Numbered from the stretch's first letter, positions 45,786 through 59,512 are shown. The stretch is DNA of 64,000 nt from Phaeosaccion multiseriatum (GCA_965112735.1 OZ218956.1:1116001-1180000), one strand, 5' to 3'. A program made the numbers and translations. The notes: generated by a model not told the origin, from the letters alone.

Positions 45786-48365
45786 TTGATGGTCAAAGTA
45801 CAGCACGTGCCGGCGACATGCACAGTTGTCCTGCGAGATGCTCGCCTCAAGGATACCGGCGGAGTGGCAGTAGTAGGCGACTGTGTGTACATTTGCAGCA
45901 GCAGAGACAACAAGTTGTACGTTGTTCACGTCAAGGAGTCATTGACAGGGTCTCACGAGACGCGCGATTTTGACGAGGGCCGGGATGGGATTGACACTGT
46001 GGAAGGTGGGGCGGGTGTGCCAGGGAGGAAGAAGAAAGCCGAGCTCAAGATAGTGCAGACACTGCAGTAAAGTCAAGGTGACGCCCCAGGGAAGGTCGTT
46101 GAGCACTTCATGCCGCTTCGGAGTCCCATTGCGGTGTGTGTAGGCTTGGGCTCGGACAAGGACTACGATCTTTTCGTGTCTCAGCAGCTGCCGGGGCGTA
46201 AAGGGGGGCTCGTTCAGCTCTCCTTTCGAGCGCGCGACCCCACCTCTGCCCTTTGCACTGTGGTCGCCTCGCTTCCCGGAGAGCCGGCAGGTGTGACTGC
46301 TCTTTCGGCTTTTTGTATTGCAGTACTCGTGGATAGGTCCTTGTTCGTGTTGGACAGATCTTCCCGACAAGACGAAGAAAAGGAGGGGAGAGAAGAGCAG
46401 AAGGAGGAAGAGGAGGAGGAGAAGGTAGAGGAGGAGGAGAAGGAGGAGGAGGAGGAGGAGGAGGAGGAGGAGGAGGAGGAGGAGGAGGAGGAGGAGGAGG
46501 AGGAGAAGGAGGAGGAGGAGGAGGAGGAGGCGGAGGGGGGGGGAAGGGGACAGGGGGCGGAGGTGGAGGAGGAGAAGGATTCTGCAGAGACGGTCGAAGC
46601 GCGGAATGAGCATCGCACGAGGAGCAGAGCTGGAGGAGAGTCTAGGGGGGTGAGGGGGGGGGGCGGGAGAGGGTGGAGGGCATCTATTGCTCGCAGTGGA
46701 GAGCGTTGGCGAGGCGCCCTGTGGATTGCATGCAGCACCGACTGAGGTGTCCGAAGATGCGGATGCGAGACACGTCATGTACGTGGTTGATCAAGGCGAC
46801 CACTCCGTCAAGATGTTGTGGCAGAGTGCTGCCACAGAGCAATGGACTGTACGTGTGGTGGCAGGCGGCATCGGCAACGACAAAGCGGGCAAGAGCACTG
46901 GGAGCGGCACGGCCAAAATGGTCGCTCTCTTCAAACCTACCTGGGGCTGCTTCCTTGGTGGGAAAAGTTTCCTGTTCTCAGACAGTGGCACACAGTGTAT
47001 CCGGCTTCTTACGGACATGTACCCTCTAGCGGAGCGCCTTCTTCCAATGCTCCGGCGCTTGGCCGAGGCGTACCAGCTCCTCCCTTCCTGCGCTGTTGAC
47101 GGCGTGGACATGCACAGAAATGCCAAGTCATTGACCGAGTCTGCAGCCAAGATGGCCTCTGTGCACCTCCACGTCGAAAAGCTGGCAGAGGACGCCGCAA
47201 AGCGGACCGGGAAGTCGCTCGCATCCGTTCAGGGGCCCGAGAGCGCCATCTCGCCTTCGCTAAGGAAGAGCATCAAGTGCGCCGTCATCGCCTTCTCGAA
47301 GCTGATGAAGAGGCTGAAGGAGGAGGTGAGTCACAAGTGCCACGACACGACGGAGGGGAAGAGCCCACTGCCTGTCTGCCTCGCTATTTTTTATCTTGCG
47401 CTGACATTTCCCCCATCTCCCCCTCCTCCTATACCGATGCTCCCTTGCTCCACTTTGGGTCTCTCTTGTCCTGCAGGGAGTGCCTGCACGTGTGACCGAC
47501 AAGATTATGGCTAAGGCATTGCTCACCTTAAATGTGGAGACCAGCTTCACGCAGTACCGCAATGGGGGTGGGGGGAACACCAACATTGCGGTACTGCGTG
47601 CTCCAAGTGCTTCGACGGCGACAGATTGTCGGGGTTGAGATGGCGAAGCGATGGAGTGGTGGCAGGGGATATGTCTACAACACGGACAGCAGGTCCAGCG
47701 GCCAGCAAACGTTCCGCGGCCACTACCACCACTCTCTCAATTTCAGCAGGCGTGTCGCTGCCCCCGTCTATACATGAGAAGGAAAGTTCCAGCACGCTCT
47801 CTGTCTCCAGCGGAGCAAGCGACGAGAGAGCAGGAGCTGCGTGTACTTCGTCAGGCGGCTCGAATCATGAGGCCATGATGCGTAACGCGGGTCACAGACA
47901 AGGGAAAGGCCCAAGTTGGTTCTCTTCCCCTGTCAATCGCGTACGACAAGATCGAGAGTCTGGGTGATGACACGTCTGGGTATAAGCCAGGTTCGAGCAG
48001 CTTCAGGGGTGGAGGGGGGGGGCAGAGCAGCACGGGCACCCAGATCGTGCACCAAGAGGGAGATCTGGTCTACGTGAAGGCTGCGAATGGCTCGGGCAAT
48101 GAGCTCTTCTTTGTGGTCCAGCTAAGAGAAGACGTAAAGGAGGCGTACAAAAAGGTCCGCAGAGGAGCTGGAAAGACAGTGAAGATGGGAAAGACAGTAG
48201 AGCCTTCACACCCGGGCGTGCGACATTTTTTCAAGGGCAGCGCAGGTGGGGATGAAGCAAAGCGTGGCTCCGGTGATGTGGTATACAACTACACCCATGA
48301 TGCAAGCGTGAACGTGGAGGCGATTTATGGTGCGTTGACTTCGTTCGGCAACGCGGCCTACCAGT
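45786..48365 (+). pseudogene. DDE-type transposase remnant with an NHL/beta-propeller region (Dada- or P-like)
   Basis: NHL-like blades: GGVAVVGDCVYIC, SPIAVCV, MYVVDQGDHSVKML, VRVVAGG, LFKPTWG and FLFSDSGTQCIRLL. These are followed by QGPES and, after intron 47326-47477, LLTLNVETSFTQYR..TPT..Y (catalytic-Glu-like motif). There is an in-frame TAA at 46068 and frameshifts at G-runs. Confidence 0.6.
46405..46530. repeat. (GAG)n expansion inside the transposase remnant
   Basis: Trinucleotide run. Confidence 0.95.
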
Positions 48366-48617
48366 ACTCACTCACTCACTCACTCACTCACTCACTCACT
48401 CACTCGCTCACTCACTGTCACTTACTCACTCACTCACTCACTCACTCACTCACTCACTCACTCACTCACTCACTCACTCACTCACTCACTCCCTCACTCA
48501 CTCACTCACTCTCTCGCTCACTCACTCACTCACTCACTTACTCACTCACTCACTCACTCACCCACTCACTCACTCACTCCCTCACTCAATCACTCACTCA
48601 CTCACTCCCTCACTCAC
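48366..48617. repeat. (TCAC)n microsatellite at the transposase/ATM junction
   Basis: Tetranucleotide run. Confidence 0.97.
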
Positions 48618-48799
48618 TGACTGTCCGCCGCTGGGTGGGGCAGATCCACTTTCGCTTGTGCCTGTGGCGGGCCCCCACCCCTGTTGCCGAGGCCCGCGTC
48701 TTCCACGCCTTCAAGCTCGCCGTGGAGTGCACAAACGTACACGAGAGCCCGAGGTGAGAGAGAGGAGGGAGGGTGTGGCTGCCCTTTCTGCTTCTGAGT

Positions 48800-49400
48800 C
48801 TCTACCTGTCTTTCTAGACTATCTGTGCATCTGCCCATCCATCTATCCATCTATCTCTACCTGTCTTTCTATCTGTGTATCTACCCATCCATCTGTCCAT
48901 CTATCTCTACCTGTCTTTCTATCTGTGTATCTACCCATCCATCTGTCCATCTATCTCTACCTGTCTTTCTATCTGTGTATCTACCCATCCATCTATCCAT
49001 CTATCCCTACCTGTCTTTCTATCTGTATATCTACCCATCCATCTATCCATCTCTACCTTCTTTCTGTGTATCTACCCATCTATCTATCTCTACCTGTCTT
49101 TCTATCTGTGTATCTGCCCATCCATCTATGCATCCATCTATCTCTACCTGTCTTTCTATCTTTCTATCTATCCATCTTTCTCTCTTTCTTTCTCTCTTTC
49201 TATCTACCCATCCATCTATCCATCTATCCACCTATCTCTACCTGTCTTTCTATCTGTGTATCTGCCCATCTACCCATCTGTCCATCTATCTCTACCTGTC
49301 TTTCTATCTGTATATCTACCCATCCATCCATCCATCCATCTCTACCTGTCTTTCTATCTGTGTATCTACCCATCCATCTACCCATCGTTTCATCTATCTC
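48800..49400. repeat. ~50-bp minisatellite in an intron
   Basis: CTATCTCTACCTGTCTTTCTATCTGTGTATCTACCCATCCATCTGTCCAT repeats at 48851, 48901 and 48951, then degenerates. Confidence 0.95.
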
Positions 49401-52400
49401 TAGTGGCCTGAGAGGGGGCTGACATCAGAGGTTGTGTGTGTCACCTCACAGCTGTTTGGGAGCCGCCGTCAACCTCGTCCTATGGGAGCTTGAGCGCAAA
49501 GTGGACACCGTCGTTAGCCTCATCGTCCGCTATATGGTACGTAAGACTCATACATAGCTTACTTGAGCCCAAGCCCGAGCCGAAAGCAACTCTCCATTGA
49601 CTTACGCTCTCCGTTTACTTCCACCCATTCACCACGCTCTCCATTGTCTTTCGACCCCCCCCCTGCCCTGTCGGAACTGTGGACGCCCTCCCCCCACAAC
49701 AGGCATCTATGCATACGCAAGTGGTGCCCACGTCGTTCTGCCATATGCTGTCCAGCCGCGAGCACTCCCTCACCGCCGAGCGGGGGCTGGGCTTGTGACA
49801 GAGGTGCTGCACTTGCTCGCTGAGGTGCTGCAGGCCTGCTTCGGGGAGGTACGTGGGGGGTGGGGGTCGGGGGCGAGGGGCTACTGCTACTAGTGCTACC
49901 GCTGCTGCTACTGCTGCTGCTGCGGCTGCCGCTACTACTACAACTACTACTGCTACTGCTACTGCTACTACTGCTGCTGCCGCTACTACTACAACTACAA
50001 CTACTACTGCTGCTGCAGCTGCTGCTACTACTATTCATCGTCTCTCTCTGATGAACACACACCTCTTCTGGTCTGGCTGGTCTGTGTGGCTGCTGTACTT
50101 CCCTCTGTCGAGCAGAAGGCCGGATGCACGACCCTGCTACGGAGTGGGGTGGTGAGGCGAATGGTCAATGCACTCGCCCTACTCTTCATCAAGCTTCGGA
50201 GTGTGGGGGGGAAGGGACGCTGGTCGCAGCAGCGGCAAGCACAAAAGAAGAACAAGAGGAGGAGGAGGTCGTGTTGATCCCCTGGCGGAGGAGAAAAGGC
50301 TGCGAGAGGCCATCCTTGAGCCAAGGGAGGTCGTGCCTTGGAGGAAGGAGTGCTTCCAGCTCGCAGCAGAAACGTACCAGGTGAGTCAGACTCGTTGCTC
50401 GCTGGTCTGGTCGTTGGTGATTTTGATTGATTTCGTCTCCCCTCCTCACCCAGCCATGATGAATCAGGCGCTGGAGACGGTGGTGGTGCAGTCCCCTGCT
50501 CTGCTTGAGGTGGACCCTCTCCCCACCCATGGTCCCTCGTCAGGCGCAGCCTCACAGACCGTCAGCTCCGAGCTGTCCGACTGAGTAGGTCCGGCACTGG
50601 TGGTAGTGGTGGTAGTGGATCCAAACCTTGGGGGGGGCTGTGCTGGGAGGAGGGGGAGGAGGAGGGAGCGATGAGCAGCCAAGAAGACAAGCTGCTAAGG
50701 ATTCTCTGCGGGCAGGTGTGTGGATGTGTGTGTGTGAGAGACAGAGGAAGAGAGAGAGTTCGAGCGCTCCACGGAAGTGATGCCCATCCGTCTCACTCTT
50801 CTCGGGCCTTTGTTGTCTTCTTCACTCATGCACAACCTTTGGTCGATCGGTCCCATGACCCTACTAGCTAGCCTGTGTGTCTCACCTCCGGGAGGCCATC
50901 AGCAGCGCAGGCTCGCAGTGGATCGGAGTGCTCGCGGAGCACTTGGTGATACAGTAGTTGGTGATACAGGAGCATCAGCAAAAGGAGCAGCGACTCACAG
51001 AGGAGGAAGAAGGATGTATCTCCCGTGGCAACGACTCCGCAAGGGGTGCGTGGACGAGATCTTATCAGCACTGTGACGGAGTTGTGTCGGACGGGGCAGC
51101 CCAGTGCGGTCTTGAGTGAGGTGAGAGGGGAGGGGAGGAGCGGGGGTAAAGGAGGGGAAGGGAGGGAGAGGGGGAGTGGGAGGCAGAGGAGGGGCCCATT
51201 GTTTGTCACCATCGCGTCGATATGCCTGCACCTAGTTGCTCGAAATCCCAACGCAGCCATCTCTCTCTCTTTGTGTGTGTGTGTGTGTGTGTACCTAGGC
51301 GGGTAAGCTGCTAGGCGAGGTTGGGGGCGTGGATCCCAACTTTGTTCAGGTAAAGGAGCGTTGCGGTAAAGCAGGGGTGGGATTATGTGTGTGTCCTTCT
51401 TAGTATCATGAAACTGAACGCACACTGCGTCGCCCCTTCCTCCCGACTCCAACCCCCCAAGTAGGAGCAGGAGGGAGGAGGGGCAGGATACACGAGGCCC
51501 TCAAGGTGTTGGTAGGGTATCTTCATCATTTCCCTCAAGGTAGGAAGTATATTGACTTGCGGGAATCAACCAAAGAAAGTCATGTGTGTGTGAAGGTAGG
51601 AGGGAGGGCGGGAGAGAGAGAGACAGAGAAAGCCCCCGAGAGTTTTGTGTTGTGTTGGCACTCCCTGCCCTACCGCTCTTGCTTGCTCGCGTGGCTGGCA
51701 CTACTTCACTTCCTTATCGTACTGTCTGTCTTGTTTGTCGTCTGCTCGCCTCAATTCTTCTCTATTCTCTCCGCAGTCCTTGTACACGCTCAAGGCTGTC
51801 TGCACGCGGGTGAGTGGGCCTCGTTTCAGTTTGAGCTTCAGTTCGCTGACCTCGTACTAACTCAACCAAGCAATACTTTTGTACGCTATATCACTGACTG
51901 CCGCCCCTCCGCCGTCCACTGCCATCCCCTGCAGGACACAGAGGAGGTGCCGCTGCGCGCATGTCAAGACGAGTCCCTTCTACAGGTGAGTAGTAAGTCA
52001 ATGGGTACCCCACTACTACCACCACCACTGTAATTGTCTTTTTGTAACCGTCTTTCTGTCACCGACATCCAGTCAGCGCGGTCAGTCCCCCACGGAGGCA
52101 GGGAGGGCCAATGTCCTGAGACAGGTGCAGGACGTGGGCTCCATCCAGTGCCGTCCCCACGCACCACACGGCGGTCACGGTCAGAGTAGGGGAGAGGGGG
52201 AGGGGTCTTCCATGTGCCCTCGGCTGTGGAGCCCTCTGGGCAAGAGCTTCTCGATTTGGGTATATGCCGCCTCACGAGTGCGTGCGGCCCAGCCAGAGAG
52301 CCAGGTACACTACTTGACTTGTTTCTTTTGGTATGTTGTTGTCATCATGTATTTTTTATTTGGTATCCCATCTCTTTCATCCATTCCCTGCCCTTCTCGA

Positions 52401-55400
52401 CTGCGCTGTTGCCTGCTGTATCACCAACTGCTGAGCCACAGAGTCAGGCGCCGCGTGACTGGGCACCGCAAGGGCAGGACGATGTGTGGCAGAGTGTGGT
52501 GAGTGAGTGAGTGAGTGAGTGAGTGTGTGTGCGTGCGGAAGTGTGTGAGTAAACGACAGGCCGAGTTCGCGGCGTGCCTGTTTCCCGCCATTGTGTACAC
52601 CATCCTCTGCGGGGGCAAGAGGGGCGGCGAGTTGTGCTCTCGGCTCGATTCAGGGAGCTGCTTTCTTCTTCGACCGTGCAAGAGAAAGGGTGTACCGCCG
52701 GGGCTAGAGGGGGTTGAGGTTCAGCGAGCAGTGCGCCTCGGTATTGAGACGCTGAACTTCCTTCGGGCGCCGCAACTCAAGGCTTTTGTGTACCAAGCGG
52801 AGAGGACCAAGAATATGAACAACTACCCGCTAGGCTACCAGTATAGAGGTGAGAGGCGGTGGGGGGCGGTGGGGATGGGGTCAGGGAGAGAAGAGAGAGA
52901 CTCCATGCTATCTTTTACAAAAGAGCTTGACAATGCGCCTGCTCTCCTCTCCCCTCCTGTGCTCTCCTCTCCTCTCCTCTCCTCTGCTCTGCTCTCTGCC
53001 CTGCGCTGTATCACCAACCCCCCCCCCCATTGTTATGGACAGACGAGAGCGGGTCCAGCCCGTCTTGCTTCGGCCTCCACCTGCGCCTCTCCTTCCTCGA
53101 TGTGCGCCTTTTGCTCAGCGCTGCTCTATACGGAGGTACAGAGAGAGGTGTATGGGTTGGGGCCTTGGGGGGGGGGGGGGGCTACGGGCCGAGAACAGTT
53201 GGCTTGAGGGACGGGGTGGGACGGTCGAGTGGTATGGCGTTTCGAAGTGATCTACATACAGAGACTCACACACGGCCAGCGATTTCATTCTTTCTACACC
53301 AGAGATAAAAAACGACAGAGAGAGAGACATCGCGTGTGAGTGTGTGTGAGAGAGAGGGCGCGTGCGTGTTTGAGGGAGAGCGTGTGTGCGTGTGTGTGAG
53401 AGAGAGAGATAGATATAGAGGTACTAAACCTCGTTTGTTTGCCCATCCCCTCGTGTCTCGGCGCCGTTGACCCTTGACCTCTCCGCTTGGCTTTGGGGAC
53501 TGCCTGACTGTATGCTGAACCACCAACCGCCCTACCACATGTCATGCGTGCGGCTCTACGCTGCTCGGCCTGCTGTGTGTCACCAACTGCTCCAGTTCTG
53601 GTGTGAGAACAAGGCGACTTCGGGCCGTTCAGGAGGAGAAAAGGGCAGCAGCAGCAGCAGCAGCAGGAGAATCGGCAGTAAGGGCCTACTCCTTTCGCCC
53701 AACCAGCCCACTGCAAGTGAGTGGTGTGTGGCTCCAAGAGAAGCTTGCTTTTTGGCTTTTCTCATCAACTGCTACTGCAATTGCTGCTTGCTACTTGCTG
53801 CTGCCCGCCTGCTCCTGCTGCTCGCAATGTAGGAGGGTTGCTTGTTCGCGTGGTCTTGTGAGTGTGTAGTGCATCAGCAAAGCACGCTCCCTCGCCGCTC
53901 TTCTCTCCCCCTCTCTTCTCTTCAAAGGACGGCGCAAAGCCGAGGAGAGGCGCCGCGTACAGCAGCTCCTCATGCACGTCTTCTCCAGGTGAGTGAGGGG
54001 ATGGCAGTGGATGGGGCGGGGTGAGCAAGAAGGGGCAAGCAGGTCGATGTGGTCTTGCTAACCCTCACTGCTCACTGAAGAGTCTTACCGCCATATGCCT
54101 TCTATCCTGATGACCCCCCCCCCCACCCCAAATGGCACGCCTCTTGCAACACCACAGCATTGACGGAGTAACCTCAGGTCAGCCAATCTTACTTCTTACT
54201 CCGTTTCTTTCGTCCCTTCTTTCCAGCGCCTGCTTTCTTTCGAGTCCGTCACAGCCAGCACTACTCACACGGACTCTCTTTTTCTCTTCCCTCTCTCGCC
54301 TTCACCTTCCCGTCCCTTCTCTTATCCTCTCTTCTCTTCTCTTCCCTTCCCATCCCTTCCCTTCATCTTGCAATCCCTTCTCTTCTGTTCCCTTCCCTTC
54401 CCTCCCCTTCCCTCTTCAGTGGTGGGCTGCACGGACCTTGCCATGAATCTCTCTGCTCAGACGCACGAGGCGGACTGGCAACAGGCTCTGCCCTCCTACG
54501 ACGCCGCCCTCCAGAGGCACCACGCACACTCAAACTCCATCTCACAACAGGCCGTTTCAGTGCACCTGCAGACAGGGGTGGCGTCGTCCTTACGGCGCCT
54601 GGGCATGTTACACGTGTTGGATTGTTACCTTAAGGGGGTAAGGCGCGATGTGGGGAGCGGGGCCGGAGCTGGGGGGTGCCAATCTTCAAGGGTATCTGAG
54701 GATGCTTAGGGGAGAACAGTAGGAGGGGAGAGGAGGAGGGGGCAATGGAGAGGGAGATTGAAAGGGCGGGAGAGGAGAGGAGTAGGGGCCTGAAGAGGGA
54801 GAGGGAGACATGGGGCGGTTGCAGGTCTCGCCTCTTTAGTGACAGAGAGCACTTCGAAACCCCCGGGACTCGCAGGTGGTGATGACACCTCACCCCTTAC
54901 CCGCTCCCATCGCACCTTCGAGTGGGACGCAGCCCTCCCCTCTGGCGTATCACCAACTGGTGCCCCTGCCGCTGCCGGTGCTGCCGCTTCGCAAGAGGAG
55001 GTCATGCCCCCGCCTTCGTCAACAGCTGTATCACCTTTTGGAGCCGCAGCACTTGGTAGTACAGCAGTTGGTGATACGGCAACCCTCAGACTCACTCGGA
55101 CGCCCATTGACTTACAGGAATCAACCGAAGAATGACGTATGTGTGTGTGCGTGTGTGTGAGGGGGGGGGTGGTTGACTGGTGGAGAGGCGGGTAGATATT
55201 GCAGGCAGAACTCATGTGGTTGTGTGCTTGTGCGTGATGGATTTCTGTCTCCCTCTCGGGGAGGGGCAATGACGGCGGGGCGGCCCTTTGTGGTCCATCG
55301 TTCATGGTACAGATGGCTTGTCACCACACGACGTCTGAACTGACATTCGCTCATGCTTCTCCTCTCCCTCTTCTTCTGTGCTGGGCGATGTCTTGACCTC

Positions 55401-55944
55401 TACCCCTCTCATATTCCTTCCTTGTCGTACCACCAAATGCCGCAGATGTGCTCTCCACCATGAGCTCGGTGCTCGGACACGAGGGCGGCTCCGCGCTCTA
55501 TCCCTGCCTGGCGCAGGTCAGTCAGTCAGTCAGTCAGCCAGTCAGTCAGTCAGTGAGGCAGTCGGTCAGTCAGTTAGTCACTCAGTCAGGGAGTGCAGAG
55601 CTCTGAGCCTCTCGCTCTTTTCCCCCTCCCTTCTGTCGGATGGGTGCTGTTGCTGCTGTATCACCAGCTGCTGCTGCTGCTGCTTCCCCCACCCCCCCAT
55701 ATTCAGCTGCAGAGGGTTTCAGAGCGCTAAGCTCGCAGCAGCGGCCGCAGAGGGGAGGAGAGACAGGGGTGGCTTCTTCGGCGGCCTCGGAGAGGAGCAG
55801 CGGCTGCAGCATGAGACATTCGCTCGCTTGACGGACAGGTCTGTGCTCGGTACACAGCAGCAGTTGGTGATACAGAGACAGCAGTTGGAAGGCTAGCGCT
55901 GCCCGCGAAAATGGTGTCTCTGTGTGTGCGTGTGTGTGTGTGCG

Positions 55945-55981
<37 letters not shown>

Positions 55982-57970
55982 CGCGAGTATGTAAGTGTGC
56001 GTGTGTGGGTCGTCCCTCACCCCTCTCCGCCTCCTTTGCACCTGGCCACACACACGACTCACCCCTCACCACTCCGTCACTCACTCACTCACCCACTAAC
56101 CACTCTCATTCATTCACTTACTCACTCACTCACTCATCACTATCCCACTCACTCACTCACTCACACACCCCGACAGATGGCGAGGGCGCCTAACCTCCAT
56201 CGAGGAGCACTACGACACCCTGGAGCCCGTGTTGGCGATACGCGAGGCCCTGCTCCGACAACTTCACAGACAGCAGAGCCCTCGCGTCACATCCCCGGCC
56301 CTGACTCTGGCCCTGACCCTGGCCTGGCTCGGACTGTGACCCTGACCCTGACCCTGACCCCAACCCGTCGCCCTGACCCTAGCCCGTCGCCCCTGAACCC
56401 GGAAACAACCCCCCGTCTCGAACACCCCCCCCGACACACACACCCAAAAGGCCCTGACCCGCTCCGAGTCCACGCAGCAGATTCTCGACAAGTTCCTGCG
56501 GTCAGTCAGAAGAAGTGTCACATGCGCTACATTCTCCCCATCTTTTGACAATCGTTCATCATTCATCGAGTATCTTCTCATTCATATACTTGTTCAGTCG
56601 AAGTGCCTACTGAAAGTGAACCTTCTCTGTCCCGACTTGTGAATGACTTCCTGTCACGATGGTCATGCACAACCCACAGGCGGTGGCGTCGGAGAAGTAC
56701 ATGTCGCACTTGACGCTCGCGAGTTACGCAGCCAAACAGCACCTCCTCATGAGGGGACGCATGAACACGCAGGCCTGGAAACAGGCGTTGTAGCTCACCA
56801 CGAGGAAGAAAGGTGAGGGGAGGGAGGGGAGGCTGGGGAGGGGAGGGGAGAGGAGGGCGGGAGGGACGGAGGGACGGAGGGGAGGAAGGGGGGGATGGGG
56901 TGGGAGGATACGGAGCAATGTGGCATGACACCCTTCGCCCGTTGTCTGTTGTAGTCCAAAGAAGTCCATCTCTTTGTTTGGTCTGTTCATTCCTTCGTTG
57001 TCCCCTTTTGGTGGAACTCACCTCTCCCTCTCTCCCGTTCTCTATCCATCTCTCTATCTACCTCCTCCTCCGCCTCCTCCTCCTCCTCGATGCACTCTTC
57101 GATGAAGCTGAGGCCAAGGTGTGCGCTGACCGCATGGAGGAAAAGAGGAGGGAGGTTCAAGCCCTGCAGACAGGAGGAGGAGGAGGAGGAGGAGAAGGGA
57201 CGGGGGGCGGGGCGGGAGGAGGGGGCGGTGCAGGCACCAGCGGCAGTGCCAGCGGCAGCAGTAGGCAGAAGAAAGCGGCTCGGGGGGGGGGGGGAGGAAG
57301 GAGGATGTAAGCTTGGAGTGCAAGAAGCTTCAGCACATGATCACCAGGCTCGAAGGGTTAGTCAGCAGACGGGAGGGGAGGGGAGGGGAGGAAGGGAGGG
57401 AGGGGAGGGAAGTGAGGGAGGGAGGGAGGGAGGGAGGGAGGGAGGGAGGGAGGGAGGGAGGGAGGGAGGGAGGGAGGGAGGGAGGGGAGGGAGGGGAGGG
57501 AAGGAAGGGAGGGAGGGTGGGAGGGAGTGAGGGATGTTGTTTGTTGTTGTTGTTGGTCTTTGCCCTTTCACGGGGAGAAGAGGGAAGCAGGAGGGCCACA
57601 TTTCTTCTCTGTTTGTTGCGGTCGAGTGAGGTCGTGAGCTCTTCATGGAGAGAGAGAGAGCTTCATCCCCATCTCCCCCCATCCACTGCCATCCCCCCTC
57701 TCCCCCAGGCACCAGCGCGTGCTGCGTCGCGAGATCGCCATCGACTCGAACGAACAAGACCTTGTGCAGGCATCTGAGCAGAGCTGCCTGTTGGAGGCCC
57801 TCAAGCACTTCCGCCACGCCCTCAGGTAGGGCCGGGTGGGGGGGGATGGCAGTGGATGAAGGGGTGGTGGGGTGGATGCGTATGGAGGTTCTGTCTCGTG
57901 CTGGACTGTGCTGGGCTGCGCTGCGTTGGCTTTCTTCCATTTTGCTGCTAGTGTCTCTTGTCTTGTCTCG

Positions 57971-58007
<37 letters not shown>

Positions 58008-59029
58008 TTGTGTGTGTCTCGGTTTTGTTGGCACGGCTCCCATCCGCCTTCTCACCATTGGTCACACCCACCCACAAACACGCACACGCACGCACGCACA
58101 CACATACGCTCGTGCTCGTCCTCCGGCCGTTTCAGTCTCGGCGTCGTGCTCGTCCTCCGGCCGTGTCAGTCTCGGTGGTGAGTCTGTGGTTCAACAACTA
58201 TGAGAGGGACAGCGCCAATCAGGTATGTATGTGAGAGGCAGGACGACGGGAGGAACAGATCGACATATGTGCGTACGGCACACACGCAATCTGCCCTGAC
58301 CTGTGTGCGTCTGCCCCTGCCCCGGTACCCCTCTCCCCCTCCCCCCCTGCAGGAGATGCGTAAGATCGTGGCGGACGTCCCCTCCTGGAAGTTCATCCCC
58401 CTCACCAATCAGGTCAGTGCCAGTGTGCCGTGTGTGTGCCGTTTGTGTGCCGTGCGGATGCGTGTACTAAACGATGTGGGTGCGTGGTGCGCTGTGGTGT
58501 GTCTGGCCGTGTGGTGTGTAGGTGACGAGTCGGCTGGACAGCAACTCCATGTGCAGCTTGGGCCCGGGCAAGGGCAGGGACCTCTTCCAGACCACGCTAA
58601 GGTCCCTCATCCTCTTAGGCTGTGCAAGGAGCACCCCCACCACGCACTGCTTAAGGTGAGTGACAGCAGGGTAGTGTAGGGCAGTTGGTGATACAGGGCA
58701 GGGCAGGGTAGAGGCATATAGGTCAGTCGGAAGGGAAGAGGGAAGAGGAGGAGGGGGGGGGAGGAGGAGGGAGAGAGAGAGAGAGGAGTAGCGTGGTCTT
58801 GCCTGCCTTATCAGGCCCTTGCCCTTCCTCGCCCGCCCTCTATGCTTTGCCTTGCCTTGCCTTGCCCTCTCAGCTCATGGCATTGGCCAACGGGGAGGTG
58901 CGTGCCGAAGTGTCCGCCTTCAACACCTTCCGCGTCAACGTGTCCGGGGGGCGCATCGCTGGGGCCAGGCAGGCAAGTGGCTTGGGGCAAGCAGGGGGTG
59001 GATTGTCAGTGAGTAGCTTGTCAGTCGTG

Positions 59030-59109
59030 CGTCTGTCTGTCTGTCTGTTTGTCTTTCTGTCTCTCTCTTTCTGTCTCTGTCTCTCTGTTTGTTTGTTTTG
59101 TCTGTTTGC

Positions 59110-59149
<40 letters not shown>

Positions 59150-59202
59150 CTGTCTGTTTGTCTTTCTGTCTCTCTCTTTCTGTCTCTGTCTCTCTGTTTG
59201 TT

Positions 59203-59241
<39 letters not shown>

Positions 59242-59512
59242 CTGTCTGTCCGTCTGTCTGTCTGTGTGTCTCTGTGTCGGGGTGTCTGTCTTGGGGTTTC
59301 TCCCTTTCACCATCCGCCGCCGCTTGTCTCGGTGCTAAGCCCCTCCCCTCCCTTCCCTCCCCTCCCTTCCCCTCCCCTCCTCTCCCCTTCCCTCCCTTCC
59401 CCTCCCCTCCCCTCCCTTCCCTCCCCTCCCTTCCTCTCCCCTTCCCTCCCTTCCCTCCCCTCCGTTCCCCCTCTTCCCTCTCCCCTTCCCTCCCTTCCCC
59501 TCCCCTCCCCTC
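59030..59512. repeat. (TCTG)n followed by CCCTC/CCCTT low-complexity intron repeats
   Basis: Simple repeats between ATM exons. Confidence 0.9.

Larger units (their letters stand above)
45299..48365 (+). mobile_element. Decayed DNA transposon with one visible terminus, subterminal repeats and a transposase remnant
   Basis: Starts TCGGCCCCTGACAAG (compare the MITE inner TIR TCGACCCTGGACAAG), followed by tandem GGTTCCAGGTTCTGGCCGGCGCCAGCCGGCC repeats that share CCGGCGCCAGCCGGCC with the MITE. No matching opposite end was found in the window. Confidence 0.65.

Noticed and set aside
48658-49422. Hydrophobic ORFs (also 58793-59729 and 57313-57940)
   Set aside because: Translations of intronic mini- and microsatellites.
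56299-56400. Telomere-like (CCCTGA)n stretch
   Set aside because: Short, degenerate and intronic among many simple repeats, with no evidence of a chromosome end or healing site.
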